From the NCBI GenBank assembly GCA_036172245.1, contig JAYWIR010000020.1, positions 3,224,001-3,288,000 on the forward strand: DNA of 64,000 bases, given 5' to 3'. The stretch's first letter is position 1. Each line of letters opens with the position of its first letter. The notes beneath the pieces were generated by a model. The model saw only the letters and a list, made by a program, of their open reading frames with translations. It was not told the DNA's origin and searched no databases. The stretch is from Raillietiella orientalis (taxonomy: Eukaryota). Positions 39,277-53,950 of the stretch are shown here, one piece after another. Made by a program: the position numbers and the translations under genes.

Positions 39277-42200
39277 TCTAAATTACACTGTTAACAGCAA
39301 ACACATGTGCAATGAAGTACTCACTAATCTATTTAGATTCACAACAGTTGTATTGAATCTATCTTTCGGCAACCAAGAACTAATAAATATTTGGCAGTTT
39401 TCGATTATGTAAACGCATTCATAAAATGACTTGTAAGATGAAACGTAAGCTTTTCGCAACACTTTTAATCCTCAATGCAAAAATCTCAGACTTGCTTCCT
39501 CCACTCTGCCATCGGAAGATTGCCAACACTAAGCACGATAACAATACTGAAATCACCAATTTGAAATGAAAGTGATATTCCTTAATATTTATTTTAAAAA
39601 TTGTGAAATAAGTAAATTATTATTAGAAATGGTATAACTTGTAGAAATTAACTTTTAGTATTTTCCTCATTAAAGTTGCATCAAAATTAGAACAGAACAC
39701 AATTTATTTCGGAAAAACTGTGTAACTGATCTGAAAGTTTACACGTACATCAAGATTCACATTCGGCAGACGTGTTGCAAGAACTTCACAAAGATAAAGG
39801 CAAACATGATTTTTTCTTTGGAGTAGCAAGGCACAGCACTGTGAAGAACAAGAATAACATGTAATGGATTAGAGCATGTTAAAAAAGCATATAAGACAAG
39901 TAATTCAATTCACATTGCTGAAACATGTTACAGATTACTCTCACATTTGAAGATAAAATTTCTCTGATTTTCCAAATTAAAGGAATTCTGATAAAAAGCA
40001 GTGACTACCTGGAAATCATTTGTAATAATGAAACAATGAATCCAACTGTAAATATGAACAAAGGATGTTTCTTATTATGAGGAATTTGTACGCAGCAATT
40101 GACGAAAATCAGTCAAAATGGAAGCCATTTGTGACCATCGAACTGCAGAGATTTATGTGAATTCGATGGCATTTGTTACATTTGCAAACTCCATTCAATG
40201 CATATCTGTAGGGAAGTGAATCAAATACTGCTTTTAATCAATGTGATATAACAGTTATAATGCTTCACTCTAGCAGTAAATAGAATATTCGAGAGTTTTG
40301 GATTTCTCGTTGTTATTTTTGGGGGAGGCGGGAAGTGGAACTTTGAGATTCCAGAACTTTTCAAAATGCTACTGGTAACTGGGAGAAGATTACAAAAGAT
40401 ATTCAGAGACTTTTGAAAGAAAATTGAAGCAGTACTCATGAGTCCAGAAAAAATGAAATTGCATTCGTAAATAGAAACCCCGGCTAAGGTAGCTATTTGA
40501 GAGTCATATTTCGTTCCCCCTATGGTCGACCCCGAAAGAACGAAAGAAAAAGAATGTCTACATCGGCATCTCAATATATTCATCGAGTCATTTTTAACAG
40601 GAATGTGAAAAGTCTTTTCTTGACCAAGTTCTTGAAAATTTCAAAAACCATGCACATAATATTTTTCTGGATGAATTTCAGCATTTTCAGAAAATTTTAT
40701 GTATTTTTAATAGCAAGCATATCTTAATAATTCCAGAGTTATTCAGTTTGCATTTTCTGAGTCCTGTATACAACTTTTGCTCTCTAATCCATTTCTTTTC
40801 TTTTTTTTTATTTTTGCAGCTGCTTTGCATTGTTTCTATAATGTGAGCTTCGTTTGACTAAAGCTTATTTCCTATTGCGTCTAAGTTTTTAATAAGATGT
40901 CTAAGTTTAACAGAAAATATTATGTATGTTAGTTTTCATTATGTAATTTTTTTCAAATCTTTATTTGTAAAGAAAGATTCGATTAAATTCCATTTGTCTG
41001 GTTATATTGGATTCCGAAGCCATGTTCTCTGTACCAGAATACAAGAGGATATTTCCTTCAAAAGCAGAAATTAAAATAATAAGGCTAAAATCAAATAGAA
41101 TCTTCAATATATTTATGATCTGCTTCCGTGTGATATCCATAAATGTATAAGAATGGAATTCTTTTGTATAAGTTCCTCTCGGAGATTGAAAAAATCATAG
41201 GAATATTATCAAAATCATGCCTTTTTCATTAAGTAAATAAAAAAGTGCATGTGTTTGTATATGTGATGTGCGTAACAACATTAACCACATTATTATGTTT
41301 ATTTTGTATTTGTAGAATCTTAAAAGATATACACAACAAATACATTTATACGAATTTCCTGTTAATACAAGCGCTATGGATAACATTACTTGTTGAACAC
41401 ATTACTATCCCACGTTTACCAATGGACTAGAATAGAGGTTCGGAAGAGAAACATGTACATGCCTAGAAGACCTCCTATGGAACGTAAACTTCATTCTTGT
41501 TATGCTGCTTAGTTTATGCATCTTGAATTTTTACTTGCTAGATTCAGGCTATCTAGGAACTTACAACTTCATTCTTAAATGGATCATTTGAATTGATGAG
41601 TCGGTTTCCATATTTTTTAAGTCAATCCAAAGAGTTCTATTTCTTTCGATCTAACTGAATAACAAGAAATCAACTTGACTGGTGCACAAAATGGGGTAAA
41701 TTTTTCGTTTCTGTATTTGATTTGTGCTGTTTTCAATTCTGAAGATACAGATGTGCATCATAGGAATTCTGTCCTTGAAGGTGGGGGGAGGGGGAGAGTG
41801 ATTTATGGAAAAGCAGCTCAAAACAAGCAATTATATTTCACTATGGCTTATAAAGGCTCATTAAATCAAAAAAAGATTAAACGTCTAGCATAAAAAGTAA
41901 CTGGAATTTATTGTCTTTGGATTTTAAAAGGAGTTAAATCCTAATATTATTAAATCATTTTGAGAAGAATCTCCTCAGGTGATGAAGAAATTAGAAATGG
42001 GAAAGTTAGTGAAAACCTACAAGGTCATTGTTACTTAAAAGTGGATCAAGATGAAGGAATCATATGAATTAACAATCATTCCTGTTCCAGAAAACAGATT
42101 GGTTTGGATTTTTGATAACACGAAGGGATTGTAAAACGTGTTTACAAAATTTCGCGAATCAAGCTGGAGGAGAAATAACTTTCTATGTTTTTTTTTTTGT

Positions 42201-42900
42201 TGTTGATAAGTTCCCAACTTGAAATATGGTAAACTATTACAGGTATCATTGTATAAAAAATGGTTGTGCAAAGTGCAGTGATTACACCTGTAATAATTCG
42301 TCGTTTCTATGTGCTTCTGGTGAAAAAATGGGATGCGAAAGACTGATTGGAATAAATGAGCTGAGAATCAATCAATCGGTCTCTTAATTAAGTATAATCA
42401 CTAAATATTTGAAATGAACTTTAGATTTAGCAGTTGATATGCCGATTGAAGTAATGAATTCTAAACTGGGAGGTTTGACCATTCAAAAGCAAGATACTTA
42501 CACATTTAAAAATGAACTTAGGGACAGTCGATGCAACAAAGACAACAGTTGCACAGATAACATCAGAATGATAGCATAAGGCAGTGTCATCAACGAATGC
42601 AGAATCTTTTGGTTTCAGGGAGCTAAGGCAAATGACAGTTGGCATGTGGATCTGAAAAATTGGATTGAAAGAATGTAATATAACAGTCTGCTCAATTGCT
42701 TGCAGTCATGTGCAGGATGATACTAATGTTAATACCAAAATTCTATCGAGCATACTTGCAATGTATTTGTTGAGTTCTTGTTTCCCTTTAATCGAGCGTG
42801 TGCTTAAACCGGCACCTTGCAATTTACTACGATTTATTAGGTTTTATAGCCGATACTATAACCTAGATAAAACGTGCGATCTATGCGTACGAAACGTTCC

Positions 42901-42928
42901 ATTGGTGCAACAACCAATGATATTTGAA
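42901..42928 (+). promoter_or_regulatory. Candidate cell-cycle promoter module (two CCAAT boxes plus CHR) upstream of PKMYT1
   Basis: ATTGG 42901-42905, CCAAT 42914-42918 and TTTGAA 42923-42928, ~610 bp upstream of the ATG, next to a CpG-containing patch. Short motifs that could be chance. Confidence 0.35.
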
Positions 42929-43539
42929 AATGCTTATATTTTACTTTGACTGAAAATATTGTCGTTGAAAATTCCGGCTTACCGTATTAATGCAAGCTCT
43001 TGAACAGTTTTAAAATTCCATATTTTTGATAAATGTAATTATGTAATCAATGATTAGGATCTAGAACGTTTTTGTGAATTTTCTTGAAGATGGAAACAAT
43101 GCATTTAAACGACTACGAATTGCTATTGGCAATTGATATTGATTACAAGATATATTTACGCACATTTAAAGTTGTAAGTATGTATTTTGCAATATTGCTG
43201 ATGCATTCGAAGTTTCCATTAATGCAAGATATATTACAACAGTTAAGAGTATGTTCACAACTGTGTTTTATTAAGTAGGCAAAAGTGATAGAAAATGGCC
43301 ATTCAGTACAGTTGACTTTCTGAGTGTGATTTTTAGAAAGACATTTACAGTTTTTATATAAGACACAAAAAAAAATGGCCACATGAAATTGCACTTTCCC
43401 GAGGTAGGATTTCAAGAAATTAATTTCTAAATTATTTGAAAACTCGATACCGAACAATTTGTGTGTTTTAAATCATTGACAGGTGAAGTAAAAGGGGAAT
43501 AACGTTTATTCTTCAAGGTACTTGGTATTTAAAAATACA

Positions 43540-45557
43540 ATGGCCCTGGAGATGGAATTTGATACAGAACCAATAATGAGTACACCACGACCCAAACCAC
43601 AATTTTTTCTTGATACGCCATTCCTATCAACAAAAAAGGTAGAAATTTCAATGGTTTTATGTATGCTAAGTTATGAATCATATTGTGTGCATGTATCACA
43701 ATTTGGTTTCTTACCCAAAGAATCGAACTTGCCCAAGGAATCGGGTGCCGCCTCGACCTCCTGTTAAGAGCTGTCCACAAGTTAGTCGTGTCTTCCCCAG
43801 AATCCAAACTCATAGGCCCAATATAATCTCCTTCACAGAAAAAACGGATACCAGTATGTAAAGTGATTCTTTCAAGCAATTTCTAATTAGTTTGGATAAT
43901 CAGTATAAAGAAAAGTTTTATGACATTTGTAAGTGATTAACTATCATGTGCCACTTTCAGATATCTTTTCCAACAGTGTGTATAGTGCAGACAATACAGA
44001 GTTATATTTTGATCAGTGTTTTCAAATTGAAAGCCGACTTGGCCAAGGGTCTTTTGGTGAAGTCTATAAAGTTAAATCTAAAGAAGATGGCAAGCAATAT
44101 GCAATCAAAAAGTACAGGGAATGTTTCCTTGGGGAAATGGATCGGTAAGCACTCCTTCCATTCAATATAAATGACAACATCAATAGAAAGCGCAAACTTG
44201 AAGAAGTTCATAAACATGAAGCTATCCCACCTCATCCTCATTGTATTCGCTTAATCAAGGCATGGGAAGAACGCAGACATTTGTATTTACAAGTAGAGCT
44301 GTGCCACTGTAGTCTGTCTGATCTGGCTGAGAGCAACCATGATATTCCAGAGTCTTTAATCTGGAAGTATCTGGTGGATTTGCTGCAGGTAAACTGAATC
44401 TTGATACAGACAAATATTTGTGCTAGGCTGTCCATCATTTGCATCACCATAACATTCTTCATCTGGACATTAAGCTGGAAAATGCTTTTTTGGCCATGAA
44501 TGGAGCATGTAAATTAGGTGATTTCGGGTTATCAGTGGACATCAATAAGGTTAGAATGAGAATATAGTGGGATTACTTTTGCTTGAAACAGCTGAATCTG
44601 CAAGAAGCAGTGGAAGGTGATCCTAAATATTTGGCCCCAGAAATTATGCAAGGACACTTTTGCAAAGCTGCTGATATTTTCAGTCTGGGCATTTCTATGC
44701 TTGAATTGGCATGTGATTTAGAACTACCCAGAGGAGGAGAGGCTTGGCATAGTCTTCGAAGGGGAGATCTACCTGTTGAGCATTTGGCCAGTGCGTAATT
44801 GCACATGTCTGTAATCAGTCATTAGTACAGTATCTTTAGGGCTATCTCCTGACCTCCAAGCTGTCATTGCAGCCATGATGACACCTAACCATTTGTCCCG
44901 ACCCACAGCAGATCAGTTGCTACAGCTAAAACAAGTATGTAGGCACCTGTCGTGGCGGAAGTGGGAGCTTTTTTGTCGCCAATTAGTAAGCTTTCGGGGT
45001 CCTTTAGAAAAAAACATATACACGCATGATGTATTTGCAGTGGCTGTGGTGCATTCATTCCTGCAGGCAAGCTTGGATGCTGCTAGTGTGGTTTATATTT
45101 TGGCTGCTCACATGGTTTAGCTGCAGAAAAGTGATACCTGAACTGAAATCTCCATTGAGATCAAATCATAAACTTCAGGAAGGTCTTTATTTGTTCTTAT
45201 GATAATTCACAGTTCACCCAATATCTTTAGCTGACTGTTCTGATCAAGACTTAGATGTTAGTCATACATCTTCCTGCATCACACATTCCTTGTATGACCC
45301 CCTTAATGATAGTTTCCAGGATCATTTGAAAGATCCTAGAACTCGACTGTAAGTTATATTTAAGAAGTGCGTTGATGGCTTGCAGCTACTCCACTTCAGA
45401 TCCTGTTTCTGCATATGCTCGCTCCTCAAGCCCTATTTCAAGTAAAAATCTTAGTTTCACAGGAAACATGACTGAATGTGATGAGGAAAATGGAAATCAC
45501 ATCAGTATCGAGAGGGTGAATCTACTAGAAAAATTTCTGGAAGCAGCAAATGAATGA
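43540..45557 (+). CDS. PKMYT1: Membrane-associated Tyr/Thr Cdk1-inhibitory kinase Myt1 (Wee1 family), 10 exons
   Basis: PRPKPQFF..FLSTKK; PPRPPVKSCP; YFDQCF..LGQGSFGEVYKV..YAIKK; HPHCIRLIKAWEE; HLDIKLEN; KLGDFGL; EGDPKYLAPE; ADIFSLG; ELACDLELP..W..LR; Trp-rich membrane segment; C-terminal NLLEKF. All introns GT-AG. Confidence 0.95.
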
Positions 45558-48500
45558 TTACAGGCAATTTTTACGTATTTACAACCCAATTTGTGTTAAG
45601 GGAACTGTTGTGTAATATATCTAATTAGCTTCACTAACGGCTGCCATTCTGATAATTGAAACTCCGGTGTTGTTACTGCTTTCCAGATTGTTTTTAACCT
45701 TATTCGTTTCATAATGCCAAAAAATTATAAAAAAATTTTTTTTTACTGTTTTGGTATTCCTACTTTACTACTCAGCAAAAGAGACCAATACAAGTTTTTT
45801 GCTTGTCATGTTTACCTTAATCATTTGTGTTTCAAGTTCACTGATGCATTATGTTGAACAGTAACACTGAAATTGGGACCCAATGTATTTGTGAAGTTGG
45901 GAAATCATTAAGGTTTCAACAGTTTAAATATGTCATGTGAAGCAGGAACATTTTTTTTTGTTTTATAAACTGTTGCAATTTAGAGTAAGCTATTTTCCAT
46001 TGGTTTAAGAATGTTTAATTTATGCATCACATAAGTATTGTATATTTTAAAAAAAACTGATTGCTGATTGATATACAGTTCATTACATTTAGTATTGTAT
46101 GAAATCTAAAATTCGCGTTAAAGATTTTTTTTTTAATGAACAGACCAAATTCTTGATGTTATGCTTTCACCTGACCCCCTTGGTATTAATGCTGAACTAC
46201 TAAATGTGACTCTCCATATCATTCATCTCAGATTTGATTAAAATATTTGCTTTTATTATTCTGGGTCATGAATATTAATTTTCATTCTCTAGTTAACAGC
46301 TGATGCATCAGAGCACTTATCTAAGTTTTATTTTATTTATTTTTGACAATATACAAATCATACCTTAGGTACTGTTGAGAGTGCGCTCATCTTATTAAGT
46401 CTAGGAATTTAATGAGGGAAATTCGATTTCGTTCCTAGAAGCTCATCCATAGATGCTCATAGTAAAAAGATCTCAGATCCATCTCAATAAAAATTCGAAG
46501 TAATGGCGAATTCATGGTAATAGGTGGAATTCTTTTTCTTAATTTCAAAACAATGCATACATTTGCAGTTTTATTTAAATGTCTAAAGAAAAAAAAAAAA
46601 AAAGGGAAAATAGATATTTTCGTATATAAAGGTATGTTTTGTAAATCGTTAAACAACCTGGTTTTCGATTTACTTGGTTACTGAAGCCTTAAAAAATTGG
46701 TGTTTCTGTTTGTGTGTCATAAGAATCAGTGTGTTTCTATTAGTGATAATTTCTTTTATGCAAATTTTGCAGACAATATCGATGGCAGTAACATCCAAAA
46801 TCAAGTCTCCATGCCAAGAGAAAATTACATTTACCTTGCCTGGTGTGAACTTTTGGACTTTTTTCAATGATGAAACATTTGATCTCAGTGAATTCAGTTT
46901 AGAAACCCAGCTGTTTAGAATAGTAAAAGCACTGTTGTCTTTTTTTGAGTTTATGCAGAAGGCTATGAGACATATTACAATAATGTTTCCGATTTTTAAA
47001 GTGAAACTCAGGTTGATTGTTGATTATTCTTTCCAAAATTCAATAAAATTTCATAATCAGGTTATTCTTTTATTCGCATTTATAAGAAATGGAATGATAA
47101 ATGATCCATCAAATTTATCATTTATGTAAAATAGTGACTACAAGGCAAGGCAATGTACTATGTAGTCAAATCATAAATTACTGAAGACAACTTGTCATTT
47201 AGGAGAGGCATTTCCATAACTAGAAATAGTTCCGAATTTATTTCCCTTTTAAAGAAAAAAATACGTATAAGAAAAAAAATGGGCCAGTGCCTCATCTTAG
47301 GCCAAAATATCAATACCAAAACCTACTCTCTATAGGCTCATTGTTGCGCTTTTTTTGGCTCATCAGTTACCATGTTCTAAGATTCGATTTGCTGAATTTC
47401 TTGCTTAGAGATCAAGCATTTTTGGGCCTCAAATTATGCAACACTCATTTTCGTCATTACAAGGATCACTTATAATTTCACACTAAACTTGATTTCTTGC
47501 AGATTTTCAAAAATGTTTCTCTTTTCTTCACCCCTAATGATTCTTTGTAAAAACAAGGTATCATTTGTACAAATCTCAGATGCTATCAAAATTAGTCACT
47601 GATGATTCAAAAGCAAGGAAGAGCCAAAGCTTTTACTACTGAATTAATCATTATACATATACACTGGGAAATGTATGCAAACATATGCATATGTGTGTGT
47701 TTGATTTGCAATGGGATAATATATTTGAGATGCTAATGCAGGCAAGAGCACAACCAAAAAAACAAGACTTCCCTGAACATTTTGCTTGTGTGTGCGTGCG
47801 TTTATTTCATAAAGGAGAGATTCAAATCTAAAGAAATAAGGTAAAGTTCAAGAATGAGCTTTCAATGCAGGAAAAGCACTGCATAAACTGAGTCCACATT
47901 TTCTCAAGGATTTTTAAATTAATTATGCTGAAAAGCTGCTAATATCATTAAGCTATACATATAGGTTGTATCTTCAGAGAAAGCAAGAGAAGAGAGAAAA
48001 CAATTATATGAAGTGACGATGAATTCCTATATGACAAAAAGAAATCAGATAGTAAGACTTACAGTACCGTTAATCCTTTCTGGAAACCCTGAAAAGTAAT
48101 CTTTAATTTCAAGTGTCCTTCATTGTATACTCTTTGGCTGAATCTAATTCTAATATGATTCTAGTTGCAACAAGTTTCTTCATAAAAATGAAACGGATGA
48201 AAATGAAGCTTTTTTCTGTTTGCCCCCAAATTTACAATAAATGGGTGTTTCTGACCTCCCAGAAGCACAGTACATGCATTGTCAAGACATATTAAGAGGA
48301 ATTCCGAGCAATTCAGGCAAAAATTTCTTGAAACGTTTTGATGGAGAGTTGTGATGGAGGAGAACCAAACAGAAGGTACCTGGGGGCTTAAAGAGAAGTA
48401 CCAAAGGAGAAAATGCAACTGCCATATGTCTGATAGCAAAACTAATTAGATTTTGCCCAGCAGTGATCTTTAAACAAGAAGTACAACAGCACCAGCCAGT

Positions 48501-51500
48501 GGATCAAGAAAAAAGAAAATGAAATACCAGCTAGATAAATAAAGGAAACAATGGACGAAAGAATGTAGTGGAAAGGCACGAATTGATATTACCCGTAAGA
48601 GTGTAAATTCAGTTTTAGAAGGCGGTAAAACTCCCACAACAAATAATTCAATGCCATTACGGCCTGGCAAGGACATCCAAGCAGAAGCAAGCAATAAAAT
48701 CGCGAAAGAATGAAAGGAAAAGGAAAAGAATGAAGACCAAAAGCGTTGCAAGAAATGCTTACAGCTACTAACTTTACCCAACTGCGAGATTGATTCCGAG
48801 GCACAACTTTCATGGATGCGATCCCCAAATTATCAGAAGCGTATTCCGAGCCTTCGATCCCGCGATCTACGCTTTCTTTGAGGCAAACTCACGTACAAAC
48901 ACCATTTGTCTGGGATTCCAAATGTACGTTGCTCTGATGTTACTGTGTTCACCAAACCCTCGAAGCAGCAAAAAAAAAAAAAACAGAGGAAGAAACAGAG
49001 GAAACTTAGAAGTCCGAAGGCCGGGTCACAAAGGCACTGGTCATGGCACTCAACTGCCCTGTTCTGCAATTTGGCGATCAAAGTTTGCATACGCTGGCAT
49101 GTTTAGGACGAAGATCAACACTTTGTCAACAGCTGGAGAAACGTTGTTCCCGACCGTCGAGGGATACCTGGGCGCTACCCACGCATTCATTGCAGTCTTC
49201 ACGAGAAACGGTTCCCTTGGCCGATGGACGAATGCATCACAGAAGGCGAAAGGCGTCTTTTAAAAACAAAACTGTTTAAAGCTACGAAGGAAGAGCGGCG
49301 AAAAGTAGAGTAGCAAAAAGTAGCAAAAACGGAACGCACACGATGCACCTCACCGGGGCAAAAAGAGTTCCCGTACTGCTTCTCAGCTGATTCTCTACAT
49401 TGGAACAACGAGGCAAAACACAAAAGACAGAGACGTTCATCGCCAACAACAGATTGGCCCCTGCGGTGCTGACAACTTGTACGGTTTATCCAACCATCCG
49501 TATGTTATGCATGAGTATTGGAGGCAGCACCAGTTGGGAGATTCCCCTGTCGACGGGGAGGGAAGGGAGGGGAGGGGCGTGCCGCCTGCGTCGTAGCTCC
49601 CTGTGGGAAACTTCGTTCGAGGGATGAAGGCCGCAATGCGTGTTTCACAGAGTGACGAAAGCAGAACTGGAGTTAGCAAGTACAAAGGAAATGAACAGCG
49701 GTACAGTGCGCCCAACTTGTTCCCATGTTCTCTTCCGGGGAGAAGAAACAAAACACGAGCACCGAAACACACGAATGCCCTGGAAAATCTCTATCGCTGC
49801 TTGCTTACATCTCTTTCCCTGTTTGTTGGCAGCATTCTTAGGGGCGCTTCAACCATCACACACAACACGGCAAGTGCAATGATTCAAAAGTGTCAGCCCT
49901 CGACGAGGCCGTTTGTCATTCCTCCCGGCTGCGCTTCGTCCCGCAGGCAGCCTCGCTCGAAGGCCGGGAACTGGGCCACGCAGGCTCCAACGCCCGCCGG
50001 GATTCTGCGCAACCCGCGGAGCGTGTCCGACCGAGGGAAGACGTCTTGCGAAATCCCCAAGACGTGACGCGGGCGCACTCGTTTCGCCGTCCCTGGTGTT
50101 CCGCACCCCTTTCTGCACGAAGCAGGAGCAGAGAGACCCACGGGCTGCCGCCACAGACCTTGATGCTCTTGGCGGCTCTGCCCCGAGAGCGGCTTCGTAC
50201 CTCGTGGGCAAAGAAAACCTGGAGCCGCCAAGAGGAGCAGCTTATGATACGCGCGAAGGACAACCTTACAACCTTAGCTTCTTAAGGCGCTGTAAGCCAC
50301 AAACCCAAATCTGTTTTTGCCTTTTTTAAGGAAGAAAAAAGCGAACTTTTTTGAACAGATGGAAGTAAGGAAATTCATAAATAAACATTTACCCAGTGGA
50401 CTTGTTTTATGCTGATCATCACAAGAATTGTACTAAAATCGCCAAGCATAATGTGATTTCAAACCACGACTGATCAACATAAAAAGCATTCTTTCGGTTT
50501 CTTAGAAACAGCAGGCACATCACCAAAGAGTTCACTTACATTTTCCGTCATACGGAAACCTACATCTGCTGCACAGCCGATGCCAACATCTTAGAGCCTG
50601 TTTCTTTTCCTCTGGAATTTTGTATGCCCTGCCTTGCGTTTCAGCAGTCTTATGCCCATTAATTGGGTCAACTAATTTTCAGTCCAAAAGCAAAAGTCAG
50701 AGCCAAGGCTTGGAAATCTGCGAAAAAAAATCCACTTTGAATGGCACTTAAATCCCCGTCCTTTTGCTTGAACGCCGAACTCGCATCGCAAAGTCGCTGT
50801 CGCAATCGCCGTGAATGGTGGTGGCAGAAAGAGTACACCTCGGAAATTTGTGCGTCTTCCTTACCGTGTCACATGCCTTCTTGAGTTTCGAGCAAGCACT
50901 CATACATTCCTCCACTGTGATAGTTCGTTTCAAACCCAGGGATAGTAATAAGAATCATTGCCGTCGTTAATGAAGAATTATAACGGAAAACGCGTTCGTG
51001 AGGACTGCAGCGGCTCGGATTCATAGATAATCTGCTTCATCTGTAGAAAGATATGTTTTTCTTTTCCTTTTCTTCACCTTTTACACTGAACACGCACCTT
51101 TGGGGGCTAAAGTTACCCAAGATTCCTTCACCCATTACGCCGTCTTTCTTCCGGAGAAGCTTCCAAGTTAACCTGATTTCAAACGAGGTTGATTATTCTG
51201 ACTGCCAAATCGAACCAGCAAAGAATTACTTTTTGCCTGGCAATACCCACTAAGTTAGTTCGGCTTAGAGTAACTGCCATCGACTCCTATTTCAAAACGC
51301 TTCCTTTCGAGAAAGCTTCTGAACTGCAGGTCGTGCTACCCGACCGACCTCGCTCAAGAGCAACCAAAAAGCACACAGTTCCAAGGAAGGCTCGGGGAGA
51401 AGCAAATGATTCGTATCGAATCTTGCGAAATACATCAGAATGCGGACTTTCGCAACATTTTTGGCAAAAAACCATAGGCGATGAGAAAGTAATCGGCGAA

Positions 51501-53399
51501 ATGTTCGATGAACCGATGCACGATCACAGGGAAGCAAAGCAACCTTTCCTCGTTGATCTCGGGGGGAGACGGAAAAGATAAGAAAGAAACGCGAGGAAGC
51601 TAAAGCTTCCCCCCCCCCCTCCCCTACTTCAAAAAGGGTAGAGCGCAGTAGGGCGCCAGTCGGTACAGCGAAACCGTAGGATTCGGGCAATGCGTGTTGC
51701 ATGTAACTGAGTTCGACAGAGTGCAATCCGCAAATGACAGAGAAACGAAAGCTATTTCAAAAGCAGCACTTATGCATCCAAATTCCAATCCCATTAAGTA
51801 TGAATGGAAATCCGAAAAGTTTAGGTATAGGAACCGTTCGACTGCAAGTCGAAGAAAGATGGGGGGGGGGACAGGCATTACGTCGAACCCCTTATCTTAA
51901 CCCCCATAAACGCAAGAGCATAGAGTTCCACGCATAGAATTCGATTATGGAAAAAGTCCACATCCTTGCTTCCAAAATGAAACTCGAAAAAGTTGGATCA
52001 GTTTGGAGAGAGATTACGACACGGTTCCATTCGTAAGCCCAAAGCAGCCATCTTCAGGACAGAATTAATGAACATAATAGCCCTTCGCGTTAGTAACTAC
52101 AGTGCGATGCTTCCCAAAGAGGACTCCGTTGATGGCAGCAGTGCTTTCCCTGATACACCTTCGGTTAGCAAACGCACGCAACGAAACGCTTTGGGAACGA
52201 TGCAGAGATGGCATTTATCTATCACATCAAATGACCTTTTGTTTTCATTTTCTTTTTTTTAAATTACTGCAAAGTCAATCAAAAAGTTCTTTGAAATACA
52301 CCGCACCCACAATGTCCCGAACGAGCAAAACTAATAGTTGTCCTCTGCCCAAGGACAGCTGGTTTTAAGTCGGAAACGACACAAAAAGGGCCACAGATGA
52401 AGTATGATGTGTACTTGATTTGTCTTCGTAGCGGTGTCAGACGCCGGATGATGAAGAAGGAAACCAAATAACGGAAACAAGATGATGAGTTTGACGTAAC
52501 TGAAACTAAGAAGCAGAGAAACTCTCAACTGAAATCGAATCAGGATTCAGGAAGGAAAAATTCTTATACAGGCTACCGATCGCTTGTCCGGTACATTCCC
52601 TGCTAAAAGTACACGGAAATAAGAGATCCCAACAGGCAAACCAGAATGCACTTTATAAAAAAAAAAAAAAAAAAACATAAATGCAAGGCATGTTAACACA
52701 CGTTAACCACATTTGGTTACTCGAAACCTATATCTTTACCATCGACACGAAATATACAAGTTTCTAAGTAGCTATGCCCTCTTCAGAATGGCGTACGACA
52801 ACTGATCGACCTAATGGAGCCAACTGATTTTCACATTCTAGCAAGTGGATTGGGATTTACCTTGAGTTTTTCCTATCGCTTTCTACAACGGACACCATTA
52901 AAAAGAAAGCTCTCATAATACTCTGAGATCTCTTTCTTTTTCTTTTTTTCCAGTCAGCTCTGGGTTGCTACTTTCGGTTCTTCTGCTTCGAAAAAGTCGA
53001 ACAAACTTCTCAGAAGGATGGAAAGGTTCGAAATTTCCAAACTCCTCAGATGACGGTGGCAAATCAAAACAGAAGGTTCCATCGAAAGGTTATCAGGAGA
53101 ATCAATGAGAGAGGAAGCCGGAGGGAGGGGGGGGGGGAAGGTATTACAAATTTTTCAAAAAAGCTCATGAACTTCCATATTTGTAACAGACTGAGAGTAT
53201 TGTTCTTTAACAGAAGGCAGGTAAAAGGAAAACAGTCACCTAAAAGAGAAACCACAGAAGGCTGCTTGTCCTTAGCAACAAGTGCTGCAGGAGAAGAACT
53301 GAGAGCATTGGCACTGAAACGTCATTGCAGGCTTAGTGTTTTAAAGGATTTTTAAGGTCTCGAGATCGAAAGGCTGTTAGACTCCATAAGCCAAAAGCT

Positions 53400-53950
53400 T
53401 GGATGATGAGAAGCATGGAGACGTACGAAATGAAACAAAATAGGCTCATGTCAATTTCTGTACCTGTCCAGGTATTAAAGGAACTTTTTGATCGTATTAT
53501 TTACACGTTTACAACTAATGCCACTTCTGTGGTAGTGTTACTGCCTTTGAAAATATCAAAAGCGTCAAAGAAAATTCTGTCACCAGTAGAAACATCACCG
53601 CTGACAAGACGGACAAACATTTAAAAATTGATGACTTTGGTGTCATTAGTAGACTGGCAAAGCATGCACAAGCGAAAGAAAAACGCAATATTTTCAAGGA
53701 ATAAGATCTCCATGCAACCATCAATCAGAAACACTCAGCTATGAAGCTGATACCAGTGATGGAAATCTTCTCAACTGGAATGGTAAATAAGAAAACAGAG
53801 GCCTATGATCACCAGGAAACCAGATGAGCCCCTGGTTCGATGTCAATTTTTCGAAGTGTTTTAGAAGAATATTGTGTCCCCAAAGCTGGCGATAAACTCC
53901 AGAAATCCACTCAGAAAACACTGAATCTTAAGAACCATTCCAAAACAGTA
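53400..53950 (+). mobile_element. Possible highly decayed non-LTR RT fragment
   Basis: RLMSIS..KELFDRII resembles YRPIS..KLFERII. DVNFSKCFRRI resembles DFSKAFDRV. Weak. Confidence 0.3.

Noticed and set aside
46400..52500. Assorted 100-157-aa ORFs and a GC-rich patch at 49.5-50.3 kb
   Set aside because: No recognisable domain or consistent splice model; may be decayed TE or an unrecognised gene.
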